Source: an uncultured Chloroflexia bacterium (GTDB taxonomy: Bacteria > Chloroflexota > Limnocylindria > Limnocylindrales > CSP1-4). Taken from it: DNA of 64,000 nucleotides. Of this stretch, positions 31,601-40,498 are shown one piece after another. A program made the translations under genes and the position numbers. The DNA lies in contig CAWEMV010000002.1 in assembly GCA_963810285.1 (NCBI GenBank), forward strand, positions 2,998,633 through 3,062,632, written 5' to 3'. Every line of letters starts with the position of its first letter. Within the stretch, counting starts at the first letter, position 1. The notes below the pieces were generated by a model that saw only the letters and a list, made by a program, of their open reading frames with translations, was not told the origin of the DNA and made no database searches.

Positions 31601-32689
31601 CTAGCGGGTCGGCGGCGGCAGGCGCAGCTCCTGGCCGGCGCGCAGCCCTGCGCCCTTCAGCCACGGGTTGCGCGCGTAGATGCTGCTGATCGGCACGCCG
31701 AAGTAGTTCGCGATGCTGAACAGGTTGTCGCCCCGGCGCACCCGGTAGGTCCAGCACCGGGAGCCACACGCCTGCAGCAGCTCGTAGCGAGTCGACGCCG
31801 CCGTCGGGCGCGGGGTGCGTCGGACTGTCGGTTCGGGTGTCGGGGTCGGCGCGGGTGTCGGGGTCGCGGTCGGCGTCGGGCTCGGCGTCGCCGTGGGGAC
31901 GGCCGCCACGGACGGTGCCACCGACACCACGGACGGTGCCACCGACGCAACCGTCGCCGGCGACACGGCCGCGACCGCCGCCCCACTCGGCGACGGCCCT
32001 GCCGTGGCGATGCTGATCCCGTTGCTCCGGGAGACCACGAAGCCGATCGACGCGGTCATGGCGAAGACCAGGACCACCAGCGACGCGAGCATCGCGGGCG
32101 ACACGGCGCGGCCGGCGCGGACGACCGGCGCTGCCGCCGCCACGGCCGCGACCGAGGTCCCGCGCAGGTAGCGCGGGCAGTTGACATGGCCCATCGACAG
32201 GCAGACGAGCTCCTGTTGGCGGAGCGACTGCGGGACGGCGGTATCGAGGGCGGCACACCGATTGGCCGGGTCCGGGGTCGACAGCGGCATGATCAGGCCG
32301 TCGGCTCCCGCGGCGCGCAGGAACGGGCAGATGACCGGGTCGATCGACCGGTCCTCGCGGCTCTGCAGCCATGATGGCGTCTCATCGAGCGGCCGCACCG
32401 GCGCGGTCGCGACGGCATCGACCGCGGTCTCGGTCGCGATGGCGGCCGCCAGGCCGGGCACGTGGAACGGCACGGCGTCGGGTGGCTCGTCGGCGAGCGC
32501 GCGGGCGAGGCCGACGCTTGCGGTGAGCGCGGCGTCCGGCGGCACCTGCGGTGGCGCATCGTCGCCACCCGTCCACGGCCGTCCGCTCCGTCGTTCCTTC
32601 GTGACGGGCGGCGCCGCCGCGCTCGGATCGATGTCCGTCCGGCGACGTCGTGGGCGCGGGCTCGGGGTCTTCCGACGCTGGTCGGCCAC
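31601..32689 (-). CDS. LysM-domain membrane protein with Cys-rich N-terminal region and Pro/Thr/Ala-rich linker
   Basis: C-terminal LysM (YRVRRGDNLFSIANYFGVPISSIYARNPWLKGAGLRAGQELRLP). One TM segment and a PT-rich spacer. The N-region has 4 Cys (CPFLRAAG...C...C...CPRY). The start is uncertain. Confidence 0.7.
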   Translation of the reverse strand: MADQRRKTPSPRPRRRRTDIDPSAAAPPVTKERRSGRPWTGGDDAPPQVPPDAALTASVGLARALADEPPDAVPFHVPGLAAAIATETAVDAVATAPVRPLDETPSWLQSREDRSIDPVICPFLRAAGADGLIMPLSTPDPANRCAALDTAVPQSLRQQELVCLSMGHVNCPRYLRGTSVAAVAAAAPVVRAGRAVSPAMLASLVVLVFAMTASIGFVVSRSNGISIATAGPSPSGAAVAAVSPATVASVAPSVVSVAPSVAAVPTATPSPTPTATPTPAPTPTPEPTVRRTPRPTAASTRYELLQACGSRCWTYRVRRGDNLFSIANYFGVPISSIYARNPWLKGAGLRAGQELRLPPPTR

Positions 32690-32847
32690 GCATCCTCCCT
32701 GGCATTTCGCTCGTGCGAGCGCTTCCGGCCGGACAGCCTAGTACCTTTCGTACCTTGCCGTCGACAAGAATCCGGTGCTAGGCTCCGGCGCCAAGATCGG
32801 CGAATGCCCTTCTCCGGCGACCTACGAGGCCCACGAGACACACGCCG

Positions 32848-33090
32848 ATGGCGCTTCCTCTGCCCGTCATCCCGCCCCAGCCCGACGCGTACCACCTCGC
32901 GCCGCACCGCATCAAGCGCTGCACGTTCCGGCGCCTGATCGATGTCGAGGCGGGTTCGGACCGCGTGTACGACGTCGAATGCCTCTTCCCCGACCGGAAG
33001 ATCCCGATCCCGCTGGGTGACCTCGACTCGGCGATGCCGATCTGCAACGCCTGCACGGCGCCCCACATCTTCCGCGCCGACGAGGACTAG
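32848..33090 (+). CDS. hypothetical small Cys-containing protein (80 aa)
   Basis: Non-repetitive composition (…IKRCTFRRLIDVEAGSDRVYDVECLFPDRKIPIPLGDLDSAMPICNACTAPHIF). Weak RBS. Ends 34 nt before the rnpB 3' end. Confidence 0.4.
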   Translation: MALPLPVIPPQPDAYHLAPHRIKRCTFRRLIDVEAGSDRVYDVECLFPDRKIPIPLGDLDSAMPICNACTAPHIFRADED

Positions 33091-33123
33091 CGGACCGCCG
33101 CCCGATCGGGCGTGAGGGTCCGG

Positions 33124-33512
33124 AGGTGTCAGCGAGCCGGTCTGTAAGCCGAGTTCTGTCCCGACCGCCGCCGAAGCGTCGGCTGGGGATGGCCATCCAT
33201 CTGGGGCCGCCGGTCACCCGACGGCTCATGCGGCCGACCCGAGGGCTGGGCAGCGCGCCTCTCCCCCGGCCGGTCGCCCGGCACGGGTTGCGCCCTCCTA
33301 TTTGGCCTTGCTCCGGGTGGAGTTTGCCCGTTTCACTCCGCCCCACGACCCGAGGGCCGCGGCGCGGCATCGTCACTGTGGCACTGGTCCTCGTCTCACG
33401 ACGGACGGGTGTTACCCGCCACCCTGCGCTGGGGAGCTCGGACTTTCCTCACGACACGTGCGGGTCGCCCCGACCGCGCCGTGCGGCCATCCGACCGCCT
33501 CGCTGACCAGCC
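33124..33512 (-). ncRNA. rnpB: RNase P RNA, bacterial type A
   Basis: The reverse strand contains GGAAAGTCCGAGCTCC (P4 5' strand) and GGGCAAACTCCACCCGGAGCAAGGCCAAATAGGAGGG. ACAGAACTCGGCTTACAGACC (P4 3' strand) follows, plus a P1 helix (GTCAGCGAG with CTCGCTGAC). All follow E. coli M1 RNA order. Confidence 0.85.
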
Positions 33513-33516
33513 GAGT

Positions 33517-33999
33517 CTACCCCGGACGCCCGCGGACGACCGATGTCGCACCACCGGCGGCGACCCGGTCGATGGCCTCGTTCGCCAGGGCGTCGGCGAC
33601 CGTGTTCTGGGCCCGCGGCACGTGGGTCGCCGTCCACCGCGAGAAGCCGTTGAGCGTCGCCCGGGCGGCCGCCCAGAGCGGGATGAGCTTCGCGTCCTTG
33701 ACCCGCCAGCGACCGGACAGCTGCTCCACGATCAGCTTCGAGTCGAGGAGCAGGTGGACCTCACGGGCGCCGAGGTCGCGCGCCAGCTCGAGCGCGCGGA
33801 CGACGCCCGTGTACTCGGCCACGTTGTTCGTCTGGATCCCGAGGTAGTCGGAGATCGAGGCGTCGGGCGCCGCCCGCGGATCGCGCGCGTCGGGCCGCTC
33901 GACATCGAACAGCGCGGCGCCGGCGGACGCGGGGCCGGGGTTGCCGCGCGCCGCGCCGTCGGTCCGGACGATGAACGCGCGCCCGTCCTCTGGCGTCAG
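33517..33999 (-). CDS. rnhA: ribonuclease H (RNase HI domain); no canonical start codon found
   Basis: The frame reads ...AFIVRTDGAARGNPGPASAGAALFDV...GIQTNNVAEYTGVVRALELA...NTVADALANEA, giving the DG…E…D…D catalytic residues. Upstream of DG the frame has only CTG/ATC before a TGA at about 34029. The first ATG/GTG (33822) would delete the catalytic N-half. Confidence 0.6.
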   Translation of the reverse strand: MTPEDGRAFIVRTDGAARGNPGPASAGAALFDVERPDARDPRAAPDASISDYLGIQTNNVAEYTGVVRALELARDLGAREVHLLLDSKLIVEQLSGRWRVKDAKLIPLWAAARATLNGFSRWTATHVPRAQNTVADALANEAIDRVAAGGATSVVRGRPG

Positions 34000-34831
34000 G
34001 CTCGGTCCCCTCGCTCCGAGGGCGGGTCACCCTGCAGCACCGGCAGCTCGACGCGCTCGTCGCTGTCCGATCCACCGCCGCGGACCTTGCGCCACACCCA
34101 GCGGATCGGGTCGTAGTACTCGTCCACGACGCGCTCCTTGAGCGGGATGATCGCGTTGTCGGTGATCTTGATGTGCTCCGGACAGACCTCGGTGCAGCAC
34201 TTCGTGATGTTGCAATAGCCGATGCCGCCACTGTCCTTGAGATACTGGCGACGGTCGGCCTGGTCGATCGGGTGCAGCTCCAGCCCTGCGGCGCGGACGA
34301 GGAAGCGGGGCCCCATGAACGGACGCTGCGTCTCATGGTTGCGGAGGACGTGGCAGACGTCCTGGCACAGGAAGCACTCGATGCACTTGCGGTATTCCTG
34401 GACCCGGTCGATGTCCTCCTGCTGCCAGCGCCAGTCCTCCTGGGGCACGTCGGCCGGCGGCGTGAACGGCGTGATCGTCTTGTTGACCTCGTAGTTCCAG
34501 GACACGTCGCGTCACGAGGTCCTTGATGAGCGGGAAGGCGCGCATCGGCTCGACGGTGATCGGTTCCTCGACGGTCGAAGTCGGACAGGCGTGTCTTGCA
34601 CGTCAGGCGGGGCCGGCCGTTGACCTCGGCGCCGCACGAGCCGCACTTCGCGGCCTTGCAGTTCCAGCGCACCGCGAGATCGGGCGCGCCATGGCCCTGG
34701 ATCCAGTGCAGCGCGTCGAGGACGACCATGCCCGACTCGACCGGCACGTCGAACTCGTCGAACCGGGCGGCGCTGCCCGGGGTGCCGCGGAACACCCGGA
34801 CGCGGGCCTCGGTGGTCGATTCGAGGGTCAT
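33996..34831 (-). pseudogene. sdhB: succinate dehydrogenase/fumarate reductase iron-sulfur subunit, interrupted by two +1 frame changes
   Basis: Starts at an ATG 2 nt after the sdhA stop: MTLESTTEARVRVF...CGSCGAEVNGRPRLTCKTRLSDFD. The frame then changes to ...EEPITVEPMRAFPLIKDLVT, and again to DVSWNYEVNKTITPF...CIECFLCQDVC...CTEVCP. The switches lie near 34570 (extra CGTC forming an ACCGTCGAG direct repeat) and near 34510 (one extra nt). Pseudogene versus sequence error is unresolved. Confidence 0.7.
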
Positions 34832-34833
34832 CG

Positions 34834-36648
34834 TCAGCTCGCCAGCACGTCGCGCAGGTCGTCGGCGATCGTCGGCAGCGGCGTCGTGTAGACCATCATC
34901 CGTCCGTCGGGTCCTCTCGCGACGACGCTGTTGCGGCCACCCCACATCCCGTCGTCGGTGTCAGGGTAGTCGAGCCGGCTGTGCGCGCCGCGGCTCTCCG
35001 TGCGCTGGCGGGCGCTGCGCGCGATCGCCTCGGACACGGTCAACAGGTTGCCCAGCTCGAAGACGAGGTGCCAGCCCGGGTTGAACGCCCTGCCGCCGGT
35101 CACCCGCGTCGCCGTCCACCGCTCGCGCAGCGTGTCGAGCTCGAGGATGGCCTGGTCGAGGTCCTCCTCCACCCGGAAGATGCCGACAAGCCGCTGCATC
35201 GCGTCCTGCAGGTCGCGCTGGATCGCGTATGGGTCCTCGCCGTCCGGGCGGAGCAGCGGCGCATCCAGGTCGCGCAGGCCCGCCTGGACCTGGACCGGGT
35301 CGACGTGCGGCTCGTCGAGCGGTCGTGCATGGGCTGCGGCCCCGGCTCCCGCGCGGGCGCCGAAGACGAGCAGGTCCGATAACGAGTTGCCGCCAAGGCG
35401 GTTCGCCCCGTGCATGCCGCCCGCGACCTCGCCGGCGGCGTACAGTCCGGCCACGGTCGTGGCGCCATCCTCAGCCTCCACGCGGATCCCGCCCATCACG
35501 TAGTGGGTCGTCGGCCCGACCTCCATCGGGCCGGTCGTGATGTCGACGTCGGCCAGCTCCTTGAACTGCTCGTACATCGAGGGCAGCTTGCGGCGCACGT
35601 GGTCGGCCGGCAGGTAGCTGATGTCGAGGAACACGCCGCCGTGCGGCGAGCCGCGGCCCTCCTTCACCTCGGTGTAGATCGCCCGCGACACGTTGTCGCG
35701 GGTGGACAGCTCCGGCGGGCGTCGGGCGTCGGTCTGCTTGGCCTGCGACTGGGCCGTGACCCAGCGTGCGGCCTCATCGGCGTTGGCCGCGTATTCCTCC
35801 CGGCGCTCCTCGGGCAGGTACTTCCACATGAACCGCTCGCCGATCGCGTTGCGCAGGATGCCGCCCTCGCCACGTACCGCCTCGGTCACCAACAGGCCGC
35901 GAACGCCCGGCGGCCAGACCATGCCGGTCGGATGGAACTGGACGAACTCCATGTCGATGAGCTCGGCCCCGACGTCGTAGGCGAGGCTCTGCCCGTCACC
36001 GCTGTACTCCCACGAGTTCGACGTGACCTGGTACGCCTTGCCGATGCCGCCGGTCGCGAGGACGACGGCCTTGGCCGGGAACAGGATCGGTCGGCCGGTC
36101 GTCCGCCAGTAGCCGAGGGCACCGGTCACGCCGTTCGGGCCGGTGGTGAGCCGGGTGATCGTGCACTCCATGTACACCTCGATGCCCATCTGGACCGCGC
36201 GGTCCTGCAGGGTCCGGATCATCTCGAGGCCGGTCCGGTCGCCGACGTGCGCGAGCCGGGGATGGGAATGGCCACCGAACGGCCGCTGCAGGATCCGGCC
36301 ATCGCCCGTCCGGTCGAAGACCGCTCCCCAGACCTCGAGCTCGCGGACGCGGTCGGGCGACTCCTGGGCGTGCAGCTCGGCCATCCGAGCGTTGTTGAGG
36401 TGCTTGCCGCCGACCATCGTGTCGCGGAAGTGGACGCGCCACGAGTCGGCAGGCGCGACGTGGGCGAGGGCCGCGGCCACGCCGCCTTCGGCCATGACCG
36501 TGTGGGCCTTGCCCAGCAGCGACTTGCAGACGAGACCGACATCGGCGCCGGCCGCGCGGGCTTCGATCGCCGCGCGGAGGCCGGCACCGCCCGCGCCGAT
36601 GACCACGACGTCGTGCGGCCGTGTCTGCGGATCGGTCGCGGTGATCAT
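34834..36648 (-). CDS. sdhA: succinate dehydrogenase/fumarate reductase flavoprotein subunit
   Basis: 604 aa. VVVIGAGGAGLRAA FAD fold, with HSHPRLAHVGDRTG and R-H-S-R active-site region (RGAHSRLDYP). Confidence 0.95.
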   Translation of the reverse strand: MITATDPQTRPHDVVVIGAGGAGLRAAIEARAAGADVGLVCKSLLGKAHTVMAEGGVAAALAHVAPADSWRVHFRDTMVGGKHLNNARMAELHAQESPDRVRELEVWGAVFDRTGDGRILQRPFGGHSHPRLAHVGDRTGLEMIRTLQDRAVQMGIEVYMECTITRLTTGPNGVTGALGYWRTTGRPILFPAKAVVLATGGIGKAYQVTSNSWEYSGDGQSLAYDVGAELIDMEFVQFHPTGMVWPPGVRGLLVTEAVRGEGGILRNAIGERFMWKYLPEERREEYAANADEAARWVTAQSQAKQTDARRPPELSTRDNVSRAIYTEVKEGRGSPHGGVFLDISYLPADHVRRKLPSMYEQFKELADVDITTGPMEVGPTTHYVMGGIRVEAEDGATTVAGLYAAGEVAGGMHGANRLGGNSLSDLLVFGARAGAGAAAHARPLDEPHVDPVQVQAGLRDLDAPLLRPDGEDPYAIQRDLQDAMQRLVGIFRVEEDLDQAILELDTLRERWTATRVTGGRAFNPGWHLVFELGNLLTVSEAIARSARQRTESRGAHSRLDYPDTDDGMWGGRNSVVARGPDGRMMVYTTPLPTIADDLRDVLAS

Positions 36649-36667
36649 CGGCGGTCGGCCGGTCGCG

Positions 36668-37474
36668 TCAGAACCGGATCGCCGGGTCGACGATGACGCC
36701 GAGCGCGAGACCGCGGACGTAGACGTCCGCCATGGTGACCGAGATCAGGCTGATCCATGCCCACGCCATGTGGTGCAGGTTGAACGACGTCAGCCGCTGC
36801 CACACGGACCGACGAACCTGGTTCCGGCGCGAGCACGAGAAGCAGTCGAGGTTGCCGCCGATGAGGTGGCGCAGCGAATGGCACGACAGCGAGTACATCG
36901 ACAGCAGGAAGGCATTGGCGAAGAGGACCACGACGCCGAGCCCGATGCGGATGCCGCCGCCGTACGTGAGCGCCAGCCAGGCATCGATCCAGAGGAAGGC
37001 GAGCGGGACGAAGGCGAGGTACAGGAAGTAGCGGTGGATGTTCTGGAGGATGAACGGGAAGGCCGCCTCCATCGCGTAGCGCCGATGCGCCGTCGGCTCG
37101 CCCACCGAGCAACCCGGCGGATCCGCGAAGTAGAACCGGTAGTACGCCTTCCGGTAGTAGTAGCAGGTCGCCCGGAAGCCGAGCGGGATCCACAGGATGA
37201 GCAGACCCGGGCTGATCCAGGACGGCAGCCAATCCGGGCGGATGAGCGGCGAGAAGAGCGGCGACAGGTAGCCCTCGTGCTCGTACGGCGTGCCGAACAG
37301 CGGGGTGAGCAGGATGCCGCTGACGAACAGGTAGGTCGCGCAGACCGTGAACAGCAGCCCCTGCAGGCCCGGCGCCACCCACCACGCGTCCCGTCGTCGT
37401 GTCGCGCCGAGTCCGGCGGGGGCGGTCCCGGCCGGCTTGCGCGGGAGCGACAGACCGCGCGCGATGCCCGTCAT
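36668..37474 (-). CDS. sdhC: succinate dehydrogenase cytochrome b subunit (single large di-heme-type anchor)
   Basis: Forms the 3' part of ORF 36668..38569. The start ATG overlaps the idh stop (ATGA): [16 protein letters not shown].... Five TM segments with conserved His ([10 protein letters not shown]). Confidence 0.8.
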   Translation of the reverse strand: MTGIARGLSLPRKPAGTAPAGLGATRRRDAWWVAPGLQGLLFTVCATYLFVSGILLTPLFGTPYEHEGYLSPLFSPLIRPDWLPSWISPGLLILWIPLGFRATCYYYRKAYYRFYFADPPGCSVGEPTAHRRYAMEAAFPFILQNIHRYFLYLAFVPLAFLWIDAWLALTYGGGIRIGLGVVVLFANAFLLSMYSLSCHSLRHLIGGNLDCFSCSRRNQVRRSVWQRLTSFNLHHMAWAWISLISVTMADVYVRGLALGVIVDPAIRF

Positions 37475-38493
37475 CGGGCGACGCTCGCGCCGGCCCCGAG
37501 CCGGTCGATGATCGCGTCGGCGAACTCGGAGGTGCCGACCGATCCGCCGAGGTCGTACGTCGTCCGGCCCTCGGCGATGACCTCGCGCAGGGCGGTCTCG
37601 ACCCGGTCCGCCTCGCCCGGATACCCGAGATGGCGGAGCATGAGCGCGCCGCTCAGGATCAGCGCCGTCGGGTTGGCCTTGTTCAACCCCGCGTACTTCG
37701 GCGCCGAGCCGTGCACCGGCTCGAACACCGCGGCCTCGGTGCCGATGTTGGCGCCGGGTGCCACGCCCAGCCCGCCGACCAGCCCCGCCGCCAGGTCCGA
37801 CACGATGTCGCCGTACAGGTTGGGCAGCACCAGCACGTCGTAGAGCTCGGGCTTCTGGACGAGCTGCATGCACATGTTGTCGACGATGCGGTCCTCGAAC
37901 GCGACCCGGCCCTCGTATTCGGCCGCGACGGTGCGGCACGACTCGAGGAAGAGCCCGTCGGACAGCTTCATGATGTTTGCCTTGTGGACGGCGGTGACCT
38001 TGCGCCGGCCGTTGGCGACCGCGTAGTCGAAGGCGAAGCGGGCGATGCGCTCCGACGCCGCCCGGGTGATGATCTTGATGCTCTCGGCGGCGTCGGGCCC
38101 GACGCGGTGCTCGATCCCCGCGTACAGGTCCTCGGTGTTCTCGCGGACGATGACGAGGTCGACGTCCTCGTAGCGCGTCTCGAGGCCCTTCATGCTGCGG
38201 GCAGGCCTGAGATTCGCGTACAGCCCAAGGGCCTGCCGGAGGGTCACGTTGACGCTCCGGAACCCCTCCCCGACCGGGGTGGTGATCGGCCCCTTGAGCG
38301 CGACCTTGTTGCGCCTGATCGACTCGAGGACGTGCTCCGGGAGCGGCGTCCCATGCTCGGCCATGACGGCCTCGCCGGCGTCGAGGACCTCCCAGTCGAA
38401 GGCGACGTCGGTCGCGTCCAGCACGCGACGCGACGCCTCCGCCAGCTCCGGCCCGATGCCGTCGCCGGGGATCAGGGTGACTCGGTGGGCCAT
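37471..38493 (-). CDS. isocitrate dehydrogenase (NAD(P)+), isocitrate/isopropylmalate dehydrogenase family
   Basis: Forms the 3' part of ORF 37471..38976. The start is at internal Met [16 protein letters not shown]. The [14 protein letters not shown] motif points to IDH rather than LeuB. Confidence 0.8.
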   Translation of the reverse strand: MAHRVTLIPGDGIGPELAEASRRVLDATDVAFDWEVLDAGEAVMAEHGTPLPEHVLESIRRNKVALKGPITTPVGEGFRSVNVTLRQALGLYANLRPARSMKGLETRYEDVDLVIVRENTEDLYAGIEHRVGPDAAESIKIITRAASERIARFAFDYAVANGRRKVTAVHKANIMKLSDGLFLESCRTVAAEYEGRVAFEDRIVDNMCMQLVQKPELYDVLVLPNLYGDIVSDLAAGLVGGLGVAPGANIGTEAAVFEPVHGSAPKYAGLNKANPTALILSGALMLRHLGYPGEADRVETALREVIAEGRTTYDLGGSVGTSEFADAIIDRLGAGASVAR

Positions 38494-38578
38494 GGCCCGA
38501 TTGTATCCGTGCGGGCAGGCCTGGCGGGGATGCCGTGCGGCCGGCCGCCGAGACGGGGGCCGGCCGCACCCGCGGTCG

Positions 38579-39844
38579 CTACGGCGCGAGCCGCTGGACG
38601 TCGACGAATTCGAAACCGCCAGACCCGAGGCTCGTGCCCGGCGAGCCATCGAGTGGTAGCAGGTGGGTCGAGCCGTGTTCGTCGTTGCCGTAGCGAACGA
38701 GCAAGGCCGTCCCGTCAGGCGCGAACGCCCACGAAGCATCCACGCTACCTGTCTCCAGCTGGGCGGGTCGCTTCGCACCGATGGTCCGCTCGTTGCCCGA
38801 GCCGTTCGCGTCGGCGACGACGATCTGGTACGTCCCTCGCGGATCGACCCTCGCATACGCCACGAGCTTCCCGTCGGGCGAAAATACGGCCGTCCCTTGA
38901 CTCGCGCCAGTCGCGGTCGGCAACGCCATCTCCTGGCCCGTGGCGACATCCAGCGCGAACACGCGCGGACGGCCATTCGAGGACCATCGGGTGAACGTGA
39001 TCATCGCGCCGTCCGGCGACACCGCGATCGATTGGAAGTCGAATTCATTGTTGGCCGGCGTAGTCGATATCGCTCGCCGCTTGCTCGTTCCGTCCGGCGC
39101 GATGGCGAAGATCCCAGGATGGGCACTCTCAACACGGAACAGGATCTCCTTGCCATCCGGTGGCAGCCACGTCGGGAAATGCACGCGTCCAGCCCCAGGG
39201 AGCCGATCCAGTTCACCGCTGACGACGTCGACCACGAACAACGCGCCGCGCGCCATGTACGCGATGCGCGTGCCGTCGGGCGACCAATCGAACCAGTCGA
39301 GGCTTTCGGTCGGCAGCGTCAGTGCTCGGGCATCAGAGCCGTCGGCGTTGGCCACGTACATGGTGAGGATCGCCGGCTCGGCGATCGGTCCATCAGAGCG
39401 CAGGAACACCATCTTGGTCCCATCGCGCGAGAATATGGGCGAGAAGTCGAAGCCCTCGCCGACCTCGACCGAGCGAGGTTGGACGGCTAGTCCGTCCATA
39501 AGAAACAGGTCGCCGTCGCGGCTGGTCACGATGTCACCGTTGCGCGCCAGGCCGAACGGCTCGGGAAGCCGCGGCCGCGACCCGGCAGCCAGGATCGCTG
39601 CGACAAGGAGCGCGAGGATCAACGCCGCGACCAGCAGGATCCGGCCCGCGGGCGGCACGGGGAGAAGTCGCGGACGGAAGGTCGTATCCACGGGGAGCCA
39701 CCTTTCGGGGCTCGACCACCTCGAACGCTGACGCGTTGCCGCCGTATGCACGAGGACCTCGCCGAGGTGGTCGGGCACGCGGTGCTCGCCATCCTCGTGG
39801 AGCCACGCGGACAGATCCCGTCCGAAGCGATCGTCGGTCGTCAT
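38579..39844 (-). CDS. putative anti-sigma factor: membrane protein with C-terminal TolB-like beta-propeller
   Basis: 421 aa. It overlaps the ECF sigma stop by 4 nt. Single TM segment ([19 protein letters not shown]). Repeated SPDG/APDG beta-propeller blades ([29 protein letters not shown]). Confidence 0.65.
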   Translation of the reverse strand: MTTDDRFGRDLSAWLHEDGEHRVPDHLGEVLVHTAATRQRSRWSSPERWLPVDTTFRPRLLPVPPAGRILLVAALILALLVAAILAAGSRPRLPEPFGLARNGDIVTSRDGDLFLMDGLAVQPRSVEVGEGFDFSPIFSRDGTKMVFLRSDGPIAEPAILTMYVANADGSDARALTLPTESLDWFDWSPDGTRIAYMARGALFVVDVVSGELDRLPGAGRVHFPTWLPPDGKEILFRVESAHPGIFAIAPDGTSKRRAISTTPANNEFDFQSIAVSPDGAMITFTRWSSNGRPRVFALDVATGQEMALPTATGASQGTAVFSPDGKLVAYARVDPRGTYQIVVADANGSGNERTIGAKRPAQLETGSVDASWAFAPDGTALLVRYGNDEHGSTHLLPLDGSPGTSLGSGGFEFVDVQRLAP

Positions 39845-40419
39845 GACGGACGTCCTTCCGCGAGGTCCGGCCGGATCTGTGCGTCGGCGTCGAGCGCCGC
39901 GCGCATCCGTCCGAGGGCGTAGTGCAGGCGCGACTTGGCGGTCCCGAGGGGGATCCCCAGGGTGGCCGCGACGGTCGGCATCGGGAGGTCGAGGTAATGA
40001 TGGAGGACGATCACGGCCCGTTGCTCCGGGTCGAGCCGGAGGAAGCCGCGTTCGAGCTGATCGCGGTCGGCGACCGTCGATTCGACGCCCTCGACCGCGG
40101 GTGAATGGATCTCGGTGAGCTCGACATCGACGCGATGGCGCCGGAGCCGGCGTGCCTCATCGATGCAGGCACGGACGACGAGCCGGTGCAGCCAGGCGTC
40201 GAAGCGATCGGGGTCCCGGAGCGTAGGCAGATCACGCCAGGCCCGGACGAGCGCATTCTGGACGGCGTCCTTGGCCTGTTCGGGGTCCCGGAGGATGAGC
40301 CAGGCGGCGGAGTCCAACCGGGAGATCGCGGCGCCTGCCAGCTCGGCGAAGGCGTCATGATCGCCCTGCCTCGCTCGGTCCACGAGCTCTCGCTGCATCT
40401 CGCCCCTCGGCATCGGCAC
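39841..40419 (-). CDS. RNA polymerase sigma-70 factor, ECF subfamily
   Basis: 192 aa. Sigma-70 region 2 (DAVQNALVRAWRDLPTLRD...FDAWLHRLVVRACID) and region 4 (PTVAATLGIPLGTAKSRLHYALGRMR). Confidence 0.9.
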   Translation of the reverse strand: MPMPRGEMQRELVDRARQGDHDAFAELAGAAISRLDSAAWLILRDPEQAKDAVQNALVRAWRDLPTLRDPDRFDAWLHRLVVRACIDEARRLRRHRVDVELTEIHSPAVEGVESTVADRDQLERGFLRLDPEQRAVIVLHHYLDLPMPTVAATLGIPLGTAKSRLHYALGRMRAALDADAQIRPDLAEGRPS

Positions 40420-40498
40420 GACCGTCCGGTCGTGCTCACCGAGTATGGCGAGGCGACCCAGCGGAATCGTTCAGCGGGGCGGACTAGACTCGGGGCGG

